The notes under the pieces are model-generated. The model had not been told where the DNA came from. It did no database searches and was given only the letters and a program-made list of their open reading frames with translations. A DNA stretch of 64,000 nt, taken from Eledone cirrhosa (taxonomy: Eukaryota). Location: positions 30,938,001 to 31,002,000 of the forward strand of contig OZ024747.1 of assembly GCA_964016885.1 (NCBI GenBank). The letters are read 5' to 3'. The position numbers were made by a program, and so were the translations under genes. Below are positions 40,324-52,925 of the stretch, one piece after another. Each line of letters starts with the position of its first letter. Positions within the stretch are counted from its first letter, which is position 1.

Positions 40324-41085
40324 TCATCATCATCATTTTACATCCACTTTTCCCTGCTTGCAAGGGTTGGACGGATCCTATTAAGCACAGCATCTCTCCA
40401 CTTCTCATGGACCTTCGTCATCTCCTCCATGAGTTTCAGCGATCTGAGGTCTGCTCTCACCACCACCGTCCATGCTTTTCGTCGTCTACCTCTACTGCAT
40501 TTTCCCTCCACTGGGACTTCCTGGCACTTCTTCACCCAGCAGTCATCCTCCATGCGCATCAGCCTTCTCTACTGCACACCACAACTTATCCCTCTTATAC
40601 CCAATTTCTTTCTCAACTCGTCTATGTGTGGTCGTTCATGAACATTGACATTGCACATCCACCCGTAGCATATCTTCTGCAGTTGCTGCCCATTTCTCAC
40701 TACCGTGCAGCAACGCGCATCTCACACAACGATCATATTACCATCCTATCGTACACAGGGAGAAACCATTCTTTGTCAACAGAGAAAGCAGCTCCCTAAA
40801 CTTCTTTCAAGCCGTCCTTATTCTACATACTATGGCCTCGGAAAACCCCCCTCCCATGCTAATCTGATCACCTAGGTACCGGAAGCTATCAACCACTTCT
40901 ATAGAACCCACCTGTATTGGAAAAATGAGTCTATCACTGTGATTATTACTGCCAACTTTCCTTGAACATCTACTGCATACACAGTTTTCCCTACCTGTTA
41001 GTTTGCCTGCTATCCCACTACATTTATTGTGTACCCAAGATTTGCATTGTGTACATTTTATGGAATTTATGCCAGTTTATTTTCT
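40324..41085 (-). pseudogene. 5'-truncated decayed RTE 3' end
   Basis: MRMEDDCWVKKC..GRRRKAW; (GAT)n tail; related to 49900-50598. Confidence 0.8.
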
Positions 41086-41109
41086 ACATATCAAACATGG
41101 CCATATATA

Positions 41110-41144
<35 letters not shown>

Positions 41145-41385
41145 GTATCATCATCATCATCATAATCATTTTATGTCTGCTCTTCCCTGCTTGCAAGAGT
41201 GGGACAGGTCCTATGCAGCACAGAATCTCTCCACTTGTCACAGTCCTTTATATATATATATATATATATAAATATACATGTATATAGTAATAATAATAAA
41301 TTTGAAGTTTAAAATCCAAAGAGGGCTCGATAAGGATAAATATATATATATAAATATATAATTATATAAATATATATAATAAATA

Positions 41386-41439
<54 letters not shown>

Positions 41440-41460
41440 TATATATATGCATACACATAT

Positions 41461-44400
41461 GATGTAAATAGAGTAAACGACAGAATAATTAAAATAAGAC
41501 TTGTTCTAAATAGAACTACTGTGACGATAATATCTGCGTACGCGCCCCAATCCGGACTGCCTGGCGCTATAAAAGACACTTTCTATGAGACACTGATGCT
41601 CACTACCTCCCAAATAAACGACAGTGACTATATAATTATTGCTGGCGACCTAAATGGTCACGTTGGACAACATTGTAACGGCTATGATGAAATCCATGGA
41701 GGCTATGGGTTTGGTACTAGAAATGAGGAAGGCTCCAGAATCCTGGAATTCTGTTACGCAAATAACCTAACAATCTATAACACTAACTTCAAAAAACGAG
41801 ACAATCACTTGATCACCTACAGATCAGGGGAACATACCAGCCAGGTAGATTATATCCTTACCAGAAGATGTGACAGAGTGACTGTTGTAAACACTAAATC
41901 CCTCCCCCATGAAGAATGCACCTCCCAACATAGACTGATAATTAGCGACCTCATAGTCAGGACGAGACGTACTCGACAGCAGAAGAGGACTATCCTCAAG
42001 AGAAAAATATGGAAGCTAAAGGAGCCCACAGCCAGAAATAAATTTCAAAGCATATTACTTGATGCTTTCGACAGTAAGGAAGAGCATTTAGAGTCGGAGA
42101 ATATAGAAGGACAGTGGGAATTCCTGAAAGCAAACCTGCTGATGGCGGCAGACGAAGTCTGTGGCCGGAGCAGGCCTATAGGCAGGAGGAGAGTAACATG
42201 GTGGTGGAACAGTAAGGTGGAGGAGTCGATTAAGGCCAAAAAGCAGGCTTGGAAAATATGGCAGGATGGGGGAAGTAGAGAAGACTATCAAGTGGCCAGG
42301 AGGGAAGCTAGGAGACAAGTGAACTTTGCAAGAAGGGAAGCAGAGGAAAGAAAGTTCAAGCATGTTCTACAACGCGAGGACCAAAAACGTGAGGTGTTCA
42401 GGATTGCTAGGCAATGTGTCAAGGAAAACCGTGATATTGTTGGGGAGAAGTGTGTACTAAATGATGATGGCGTACTCGCCATCACTGACGCTGATAAGAA
42501 GGTCGCTTGGAAGTGTCACTACGAGAGGCTACTAAATGAGGAGAATAAATGGGAGAAGGATAGTCTCCCCCAGATCGATCCAATAGAGGGACCAGCAGTG
42601 TTAGTTGAAGGTAGTATAATAAGTAAGGCAATCAAAGATATGAAGACGGGTAAGGCGGCTGGGCCTTCGGAAATAATTGCTGAGATGCTGAAGGCCTCTG
42701 GAACGGTGGGTCACACCATGGTCACCCGGATAGTAAACCAAGTCATACAGAATGGGGTTGTTCCGAAGGACTGGCGTAGCAGCATTATCATTAACTGTTA
42801 CAAGGGTAAAGGAGACGCCCTAGATAGGAGTAACTATAGAGGGATTAAATTAATCGACCAGGTCATGAAGGTCACGGAAAAAGTAATAGTGCAACTAATT
42901 AGAGAGAGAATCGATCTAGATGAAATGCAGTTCGGGTTTGTGTCAGGCAACTAATCAGAGAGAGAATCGATCTAGATGAAATGCAGTTCGGGTTTGTGTC
43001 AGGCAAAAGTACCACAGACGCTCTTTTCATTGTACGACAACTACAGGAGAAGTACCTAGCTAAAAGTAAACCCCTATACTTAGCCTTTGTCGACTTGGAG
43101 AAAGCCTTCGACAGAGTTCCCATTATCTGGTGGGCTCTTAGAAAACTAGGTGTTGACGAATGGCTTGTGAGAGCTATACAAGCCATGTATAAAGAAACAG
43201 TGAGCAAGGTTAGAATTAACAACGAATATAGTGAAGAATTTAGCGTAAAAGTTGGTGTCCATCAGGGCTCTGTTCTTAGCCCCCTACTATTCATTATTGC
43301 TCTTCAGGCTATAACAGAGGAGTTCAAGACCGGCTGCCCATGGGAACTCCTATACGCAGATGACCTAACGCTCATAGCTGAATCAATGGCCGAGCTAGAG
43401 AAAAAATTCCAAACATGGAAGCACGGCCTAGAATCAAAAGGCCTTAAAATTAACATGGCTAAGACTAAAGTTCTAGTTTGTAGGAAAGAAAATAAGGCGG
43501 CGGTCCCTTCCGGGAAATGGCCATGCTCAGTGTGTAGGAAAGGCGTAGGTAGAAACTCCATTTTATGTCCCAAATGCAAAGTATGGGTGCATAAAAGATG
43601 TAGTGGGATCACAGGTAAGCTAACTAAGAACACAGATTTTACATGTGGCCGGTGCTCCGGTGCAATAAGTAGCAGCAAGTGCCCACAAAATACTAGCTCT
43701 TTCAACTGCGCAGAGGGTTCTATAGAAATAGTGGACAGCTTCCGTTACCTGGGTGACAAAATCAGCAGTGGGGGAGGGTGCTCCGAAAGTACAGTAGCTA
43801 GAGTCAGAACTGGATGGAAAAAGTTCAGAGAGCTTATACCACTATTAGCCGCTAAAGGGTTCTCCCTAAAAATGAAAGGCAGGTTGTACGATGCCTGCAT
43901 ACGAACAGCAATGTTGCATGGCAGTGAGACCTTGGCATTGTATGCAGAGGATATACGCAGACTAGAGAGGAACGAAGCTTGCATGCTCCGCTGGATGTGT
44001 AATAGTAATATACGCGAACGGCAAAGCATAAACAAACTAAGGAAAAAATTAGAAATAAGAGGGATCAGATGTTGTTTACTCGAGAGAAGGCTACGTTGGT
44101 ATGGTCACGTAATGCGCATGAAAGACGACAGCTGTATAACAAAGTGCAGGGCAATAAAGATAGACGGTAGCCACGGAGTAGGCAGACCCAGAAAAACCTG
44201 GGACGAGCTGATAAATTCCGACCTCACACACTTACACCTCTCCAAGACAATGTCACTGGACCGAGAGCTTTGGCGGTACTCAGTAATAGAGAAGACCCGC
44301 GTTACCTAAATACAAAGTAAAACCTATTACATCTCTAACAAAATACACCCCCCGTCCCACCACCCCCACCCCATCCACACCGCCCCTCTCAATGTAAAGT

Positions 44401-44798
44401 TATGTTGGTGCCACAAAATCCAGGCCGAAACAAATGAGATCGTGTAGGTGTCACGACAAAAAAACACACAGTCCACGCTGTAATGTGACCGTGTAGGCAA
44501 CACGGTAAAAACGTTCCAGTCCCACACTGTAAATGTGGTTGGTGTTAGGAAGGGCATCCAGCTGTAGAAAGCCTGCCAGACAGTCCACGCTGTAATGTGG
44601 CCATGTAGGCAACACGGTAAAAACCTCCCAGCCCCACACTGTAAATGTGGTTGGTGTTAGGAAGGGTATCCAACTGTAGAAAACCCGCCAGACAGTCCTA
44701 TGCGAGCAAGACAACCATTCTTGCCTCAAGTGGGAAAACTCCCGTCCAAATCCATGCAAGCATGGAACACGGACGTTAAACGATGATGATGATGATGA
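41461..44798 (+). mobile_element. 5'-truncated RTE LINE; ORF broken by a 56-bp tandem duplication
   Basis: ORFs 41521-42954 and 42981-44309 are collinear with 1824-4943; duplication 42891-42946 / 42947-43002; (GAT)n tail. Confidence 0.92.
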
Positions 44799-44817
44799 TA
44801 TATATATATGCATATAT

Positions 44818-45826
44818 AAATGAAAGGCAGGCTGTATGATGCCTGCATACGAACAGCAATGTTGAATGGCAGTGAGACATGGGCATTGTGTGCAGAGGAT
44901 ATACGCAGACTGGAGAGGAACGAAGCTTGCATGCTCCGCTGGATGTGTAATAGTAATATACGTGAATGGCAAAGCATAAATGAACTAAGGGAGAAATTAG
45001 GAATAAGAGGGATCAGATGTTGTTTACTCGAGAGAAGACTACGTTGGTACGGTCAAGTGATGCGCATGAAAGACGACAGCTGTATAAAAAAGTGCAGGGC
45101 GATAAAAATAGACGGTAGCCACGGAGTAGGCAGACCGAGAAAAACCTGGGACGACTTGTTAAATTACGACCTCAAACACTTACACCTCTCCAAGACAATG
45201 TCACTGGACCGAGATCTTTGGCACTACACAGTAATCCAGAAGACCCGCCTTGCCTAAGTACAAAGCGAAACCTATAGTCAGTAGGCACCTCTAACAAAAA
45301 TACACCCCTGTCCCACTACTCCTACCCCATCCACACCACCCCCTAAAATGTGAAGTTATGTTGGTACCACAACATCCAGTCTGAAACAAATGAGGTCATG
45401 TAGTATCACGACAAAAAAACACACAGTCCACGCTGTAATGTGGCCGTGTAGGTAACACGGTAAAAAACCTCCCACTCCACGCTGTAATGTGGCTGTGTAG
45501 GTAACACGGTAAAAACCTCCCAGTCCACACTGTAAATGTGGTTGGTGTTAGGAAGGGCACCCAGCCATAGAAAACCCGCCAGACGTGTAGGTGACATGAC
45601 AAAAAAACACAGTCCACGCTGTAATGTGGCCGTGTAGGTAACACTGTAAAAACCTCCCAGTCCACACTGTAAATGTGGTTGGTGTTAGGAAGGGCATCCA
45701 GCCATAGCAAACCCGCCAGACTGTCCTATACGAGCAGGACAACCAATCTTGCCTCAAGTGGGAAAACTCCTGTCCAAACCCATGCAAGCATGGAAGATGG
45801 ACGTTAAACGATGATGATGATGATGA
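44818..45826 (+). mobile_element. Second 5'-truncated RTE 3' end, in tandem and of the same subfamily
   Basis: MKGRLYDACIRT..KTRLA closely matches 43872-44309; similar 3' UTR; (GAT)n tail. Confidence 0.9.
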
Positions 45827-45846
45827 TATGCATACATATATATATA

Positions 45847-46191
45847 TCATCATCATCATCATTTCATTTTACGTCTGCTTTTTCCCTGCTTGCAAGGGTG
45901 GGACGGGAACTGAATCTGGCTTGATTTCTACAGCTGGATGCACTTTCTAACACCAACCTCATTTACAGTGAGTGCTGGGTGCTTTTTTGCCATGGCACCT
46001 CCACGACCACTTTGCAGTGGAATGATATGGACCCCAGTCCCTATCATCTCATTTCTACAGGTGAGTAAACTGGAGCAGTGTGAAATAAAGTGTCTTGCTC
46101 AAGGAAACAACACATCATCTGGTCTGAGAATTGAACTCACAACTTTTCGATTGCAAGACCAATTCTCTAACCACTAAGCCATGTGCCTCCA
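45847..46191 (-). mobile_element. CORE-like SINE with RTE tail
   Basis: Reverse complement of the 24495-24825 family. Confidence 0.85.
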
Positions 46192-46245
46192 TGGGGATAG
46201 TGTCCAAGTCTCAGACCCGTACAGCAACTGTTTATAACTGTTTAT

Positions 46246-47223
46246 AACCATATATGATAGTTATATATATTTTAAACCCTAAACAGTGAAAGACAATAAT
46301 TTATTACTACCTTATTACCAGTAAGATAAATAGCTCAATGTAATAACATCAGTTGTTCTACAGAGCAGTTATATAGAAATTACATGAATCAAAGTTCTGT
46401 TCAAACCATTTATTAGCTTACAATTGTTTCGTCCAAACTGAGGTTTGGAGTCTTCGGAGCAATTTTACATACATGACCTCCTTTCCAACATACAGAAACA
46501 TATGTATATATCGATGCACAGTGGGTTGACATCCATTATAATATTTTAGCATGGCAATTTACATTCAAAGATTAAAATCATATTAAAAGAAAATTAAAAC
46601 AAAATTAAAGTTAAAATACAACATCGGCAGTTTACAAAGATAATGCAAGAGGATAGTTTGAAGTAGTTAGTGTATGCAATAGTTACACGTGGGGCATGCA
46701 CGTGTGTCTTATTTATATAAGATTATAAGATTATAGTGCGGCAAGGTGTTATATGGAATACAAGCACTTTAAGTGGGCAATCAAGAGTATTATGGGGGTT
46801 GTATTGGTAAAGTATTTTTTATGTGTGATATAGAAGCTTGTGTGTAGAGACATATTAAAAATGAGAAGCAAAATAGTGTTATGGTTTTCGTATACACCAC
46901 CATTTTCACAATCCAGGAAACATAATATATAGATTATATGTCCTTCACATAATCAATGATGATTCAGTATTGGATGCTTGATGAATTAGGTTAGATTATT
47001 ACAGCTTGTTCTTTAATTCAATTTTATAGAGCAGGTTGTTTTTGTTGCTAGAATTAACATCGTTTTATTTTCTGGAAGTGTGTGTGTGATTAAGGGGAGT
47101 TAATGTGTGAGGGGAGGTAACTAGCTGATTTCTATAACTAAATTTATTATCTCAATGTACAATTAAATTGTGTCCCAATTGAGTCCCTATCATATATGGT
47201 TATAAACAGTTTCTAAATTTAAG
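46246..47223 (-). mobile_element. ORF-less pLTR/3' UTR segment of the Naiad-2 family, with hammerhead at 46414-46462 (core CCGAAGA)
   Basis: Collinear with 15117-15465 and then 11226-11925; tgct-CCGAAGA-c tccaaac ctca gtttgga c-GAAA-caattg-TA-agct. Confidence 0.8.
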
Positions 47224-47339
47224 TATGCGCCACATCCGGGTGTGACGCATGCGCAACCTGAGCACACAACACACACACAGAAACAAAATGGCGTAGGACA
47301 GAAGAAAGGAAAGGCACAGAAACAAAGAAAGGAATCCCC

Positions 47340-47384
47340 AGTCACTGAAGAGGTCACAGAGTGTGTGACGAAAGGACTATGACT
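47340..47384 (+). ncRNA. Compact type I hammerhead
   Basis: agtca-CTGAAGA-g-gtcaca(gagtg)tgtgac-GAAA-ggac-TA-tgact. Confidence 0.75.
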
Positions 47385-47596
47385 ATATATAAACAACTAT
47401 CTGGTTGTGGAACCAACCAACCAACCAGAAATTTATAAGTTTGTAGATTTGTAAATTTATAAATATATAATAAATTGAAGTGAAAGCAACTGGTGCGTGT
47501 GTTTCTTATTGGCAACATGACCCTCCCAAAGTATAACAATATCGGTTTCAACACACGATTTCAGATAAAGAATCTTGCTAAACAAATTCAGAAACG

Positions 47597-47678
<82 letters not shown>

Positions 47679-47688
47679 TTATATATAT

Positions 47689-47827
<139 letters not shown>

Positions 47828-47851
47828 CATACATATATATATATATATATC

Positions 47852-48200
47852 TGTGCTGCTGCACGGGTCTGAGACTTGGACACTGACCAAGAAACTCACT
47901 CAGATGGTGGATGGGTGCTACACGAGAATGCCTGGGATGGCTCTGAACATTAATCAGTATACACTGAGGATAAAGAACTCAGAGCTGTACCGGACCCTCC
48001 CAAAAGTCAGCTCAAGAGTGACAAGAGGAGATTGATGTAAGCTGGACATGCTCACTGTCATCCAGATGGACACACTGGAAGAGGAAGACCGAGGGTAACA
48101 TATGTTGATGCCCTAAGGACAGCTCTTGGAGATGCAGGACATGGCAGCAAAAATGAGGGACAGAGACCGCTGGAGAGAACTTGTCCATGGATCTCGGGAA
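47852..48200 (+). pseudogene. 3' fragment of a different RTE family
   Basis: [24 protein letters not shown]; GRGRPRVTYVD. Confidence 0.7.
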
Positions 48201-48526
48201 TTTTACCCACCTTTAATATATATATATAAATTCGTTTTTTAATTTCTTTTGTAGATTTCTCATCTGAAAATATGTGTTGAAACATACTTTCCGATTATCC
48301 AACCAACCAACTAACTGGAAATTTATAATAAATATATATGCATATATATACACATACATCATCATCATCATCATCATCATTTAACGTCCGTGTTCCACGC
48401 TTGCATGGGTTTGGACGGGGTACATATATATACATATATAAATATATTCATATGAACCTAATATAACTGTAACATTGCCTCTTGTGATTTGTTTGCATCA
48501 TTTATTAATTATATATGTAAATAAAT

Positions 48527-50598
48527 ATGACATAGATGATCACTGGAATTTCTTACGTAACAACGTACTGCAGGCTACTGAAGAAACTTGTGGCTGGAGC
48601 AGAGCTCTGACCAGACAGAGGGTGATCTGGTGGTGGAACAGCATGGTAGATAGGGCCATTACAGACAAAACACTAGCATGGAATGATAGGAAATATGGTG
48701 GGAGTAGAGACCGATACACATCTGCAAAAAGAGAATCTATATGTCAGGCGTATGTAGCAGGCAGGGAAGCTGAGAATACGAGGTTTGCAAATGTTCTGAG
48801 ATGAGAAGATCAGAGATGGGTGATGTTCCACTTTGCAAGGCAGTGTATCAGTGTGAATCAGGATGTTGTTGGAGATAAGTGTGTCCAAAATGATGTGGGT
48901 GTACTTAATGTCACTGATGCTCAGAAGAAGGAGGCCTGGAAATGTCATTATGAGAGACTGTTGAATGTTGAGATTGAATGGGAGAGAGAGAAACTACTCC
49001 TAGTAGTCCCGACAGAGGGACCAGCTATTGAGATTGATGAATATAGGGTACAAGAGCAAATTAAGGAAATGAAGAATGGTAAGGCCACTGGACCGTCGGG
49101 GATAGTTGCTGAGATGCTGAAGGCATTGGGAGAAGTAGGCACTAAACTAGTTGCACGCATCATCAATCATGTTATATATATGGTGGTGTCATACCAAAAG
49201 GCTGGTGCAGCCGTATCCTTATAAATTGCTACAAAGGTAAAGGGGATGCTCTGGAGAGGCATAAAAGTGATCGATCAGGTTATGAAAGTGGAAGAAAGAA
49301 TATTAGTGCAACTAATTAGAGAAAGGGTCAAATTAGATGAGATGCAGTTTGGTTTTGTGCCTGGGAAAAGTAAAACAGATACCCTCTTCTTAGTGAGGCA
49401 ACTACAAGAGAGGTTCTTAGAGAAGAATAAGGCATTATATTTAGCTTTTGTTGATATAGAGAAGGTCTTTGATAGTGTACCCTGATCTATCATCTGGTGG
49501 TCCCTAAGGAAACTAGTTGTAGAGGAATGGCTTGTGAGGACAGTGCAAACTATGTACAGGGGTACTGTCAGTAAAGTGAGAGTAGGAATGGAGTTCAGTG
49601 AGGAATTCCAGATACAAGTAGGAGTATATCAGGGTTCGGTCCTCAGCTCGCTCTTGTTCATTATAGTCCTCCAAGCCATAACGGAGGAGTTTAAGCTGGG
49701 TTGCCCATGGGAACTTCTCTAGGCTGACGATCTGGTACTTATAGCAGAATCAGTAGAGGAGCTATAGAATAAATTCTGGCTATGTAAACAGCCGTTGGAA
49801 TCAAGAGGACTGAGGGTAAACCTAGCTAAGATAAAGGTGTTGATAAGTAGCAAAGAGGACAAAACACAAGACATAGCAGGAAAACTAACAGGTAGGGAAA
49901 ACTATATATGTAGTAGATGTACAGGGAAATTTGACAGTAGAAGTTGCAGTAATAGACACATCTTTCAAATGCAGGTAGGATCTGTAGAGGTGGTTGATAG
50001 CATCCGATACCTAGATGATCAGACTAGTAGGGGAGGAGGGCGCTCCGAGGCCATAGTATCCAGAATAAGGATGGGTTGGAAGAAGTTTAGGGAGCTGCTT
50101 GTTCTGTTGACAAAGAATGGTTTCTATGAATGAAAGGCCGGTTATATGATGCCTGTGTGAGATGCACGATGCTGCATGGCAGTGAGACATGGGCAGCAAC
50201 TGTGGAGCATATGCGACGGCTGGAGAGATATGAAGCAAGCATGCTCTGTTGGATGTGCAATGTCAATGTGTGTGAACGACCAGGCATGGATGAGTTGAAA
50301 GAGAAACTGTGTATAAGAGGTATAGGCTGTAGTGTGCGGGAGAGAAGATTGCATTAGTACAGACATGTTATGTACATGGAGGATGACCGCTGGGTAAAGA
50401 AGTGCCAAGCAGTCTCAGTAGAAGGAAGACGCAGTAGAGGAAGACCACAAAAAACATGGGCGGAGGTGGTAAAAGCAGACCTCAGGTCGCTGAAGCTCAC
50501 GGAGGAGATGACAAAGGACCATGATGAATGGAGGGATGCCATGCTTAATAAGACCCATCCCATTGCAAGCAGGGAAAGCGGACGTATGATGATGATGA
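48527..50598 (+). pseudogene. Decayed RTE LINE with multiple stops and frameshifts
   Basis: Fragments collinear with the RTE ORF ([24 protein letters not shown]); (GAT)n tail. Confidence 0.88.
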
Positions 50599-50659
50599 TA
50601 AATATATATATACATATATACATATAAACATACATACAGACACACACATATATATACAC

Positions 50660-50693
<34 letters not shown>

Positions 50694-51291
50694 ATATACA
50701 TACACATATATACATATACATGTATACATATATACACACGCACACATATATATACATATATGAAGAATGTTAGAAAATATATCATTTTGAGAGAAATTTA
50801 ATGCAATATCAATGACTGATGAGAGTTTCAGTATACTTCACAACCTTATGCTTAAAACTTCTTTCCAAGACTACTTATTAGTATTTCAAGAAGACATATA
50901 GAATTGCATAAGAGATCCTTCACTGAAAGTAATTGCTAAGAATTATATAAACATAAAAAATATTTTTGTTGTCTCCTTCCAGTTAAAATATATAATTAAG
51001 TTGAAAGATTATCCTTGTCTTCTATATCCATTTTACATAGTTTAGAAGGCTGTGAAAATTTAGATTATTTGCATAAATTAGAAACAATTAATTGAATTTT
51101 CGAAAAATTTGATTATTTGAATCTGCAATGAATTTAATCTAATTAATTTAATCTGCTAAATATTTGATTATAAAGCAGAGGCTGTTTTTTCCCTCCTAAC
51201 CTGTTTGAATTAGGTAACTGAAGTACCATGCCTTATTAGGGATGTGTGGTAAATAATGAAACAGAGAGTTTGATGGATATAGGCTTTAGGT

Positions 51292-51546
51292 TTAACCATT
51301 TTGATACCAAACCAGTTGAAACTATCTCTGGTTCGATGATACAGATCTGTTATTTAAATGATGATGGGAGAACTTCCCATCAAAATTCTATGTAAGAACC
51401 TTTGCTTAGTTAAGTTCTAAACAACAACTTAATAAAGAATAAGACAGTTATATTACTAAATAAATCCAAATTCAATATTATCTTCAAACTTATTTGAAAG
51501 TCTAGAGCAGTATCTTTTATCAGATATATGGTGTCAAAAGGGTTAA
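51292..51546. mobile_element. piggyBac-like MITE; related copies near 26800-27033 and 53883-54108
   Basis: ttaaccattttgatacca ... tggtgtcaaaagggttaa termini with TTAA. Confidence 0.6.
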
Positions 51547-52605
51547 ATTATTTATATTTATTTAAACACCTCTCAACATAATTTTATGTAAGAAAGTTTG
51601 TTAAGTTATGTTTTAAACAGCAAGTCAATAATAAGCTAGTTAGTTATATTCCCAAATCACTCCAGATTTGAGATTATTTTCAAAATTAATTGAAATTCAT
51701 AGACAGTGTCTTCTATTAGAAATATTGTAATGAAAGGATTAATAGTGCAATGGGAAAAGACTCAATATTATGACTTTAAAATGCCAAAACATTTCAGGTT
51801 TCAATTGATGTGAAAGAAATGAATGTTTCTCATTTAATGATCAATGTTAATGTCAGAATATATGTAAGATTAAATCATTGAGCTATTTAGAATAATTCCT
51901 TCTATATAGTGGGTGAAAAATGTGGTTAAATGAAGTTACAAAACATTAAAACTACACTATAGTTTCAGAACAAATTTGTAGGTTACAATTAAACTCAAGT
52001 AAACAGAAGTCAGAGATATATTTGAAGAGATTTTGTCTTCATTTAGATATCCCCAGAAGCAGAAATATACATTGTATCACTCATTAATCAAGTAATGTTG
52101 AAATTATTTTTGGCAAGGGTTGAATAGTTATGTAGCCCTTCACATATTTCCATGTTAGAGTAGATATTTTACAAATTAATTCCATTCTCGATGCCAAATC
52201 CACAATAACAAATTAAGAATTTTTTTTATTTTTAGCAAGGTTTCCAAGCGAAAATTAAATAGCACTCAATCAGTTAATTTAATTCAGTAGATGAACGTCT
52301 TAGGCCATGGTGAATCAGTTCAATGACCATACATAAGATATATAACAGAATATAAGACAGTTAAAGACAACACTTCCTTTGGATATGAAATAATGATTAG
52401 AATTGAAAGATGTAACTCCATCTTAATTTGCACAAAGTCATTCATTAGGCATTCATATGTGGAAGCAAAAGGTTCTATTAAAAACTTTCTATGTTGGGAA
52501 AATTTCAGAATTTTGTAGCTAAACAAGCATTATTCTATTGATTGATGTTTGGAGAGTTAAAGCAAATAAGATATACTTTTACATTTTATGTGAAAACATT
52601 TTAAC

Positions 52606-52925
52606 CAGTGTTTCTCAACTAGTGTTACCAGGAGCCCAAGGGATCTGCTAGAGGTTGCGAGGGGTTCTGCAAAAAAGATATACTTTTACATTTTATGTAA
52701 AAATATATTACTTTAGACCAGTGTTTCTCATCCAGTGTACCCCAGAACCCGAGGTTTCTGCAAAAGGTCACTAGATGTCTCACACAAACAGTGATAAATA
52801 CTCTAATGCATAAATAAGCTAATGCATTTAGATATTGATAATGGTTTATAATGATTTTTATGCAGGGGTTCCTTGAGAGATGAAAACTATTTCAAGTGTT
52901 CCACAAGGGTAGGTTGATAAATACT
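52606..52925. mobile_element. hAT (Charlie-like) MITE remnant(s)
   Basis: cagtgtttctcaac ... gttgataaatactg termini; second cagtgtttctca at 52720. Confidence 0.55.

Noticed and set aside
44440-45720. CRISPR-like repeat-spacer array
   Set aside because: The repeats are degenerate RTE 3' UTR modules without unique spacers, in eukaryotic context
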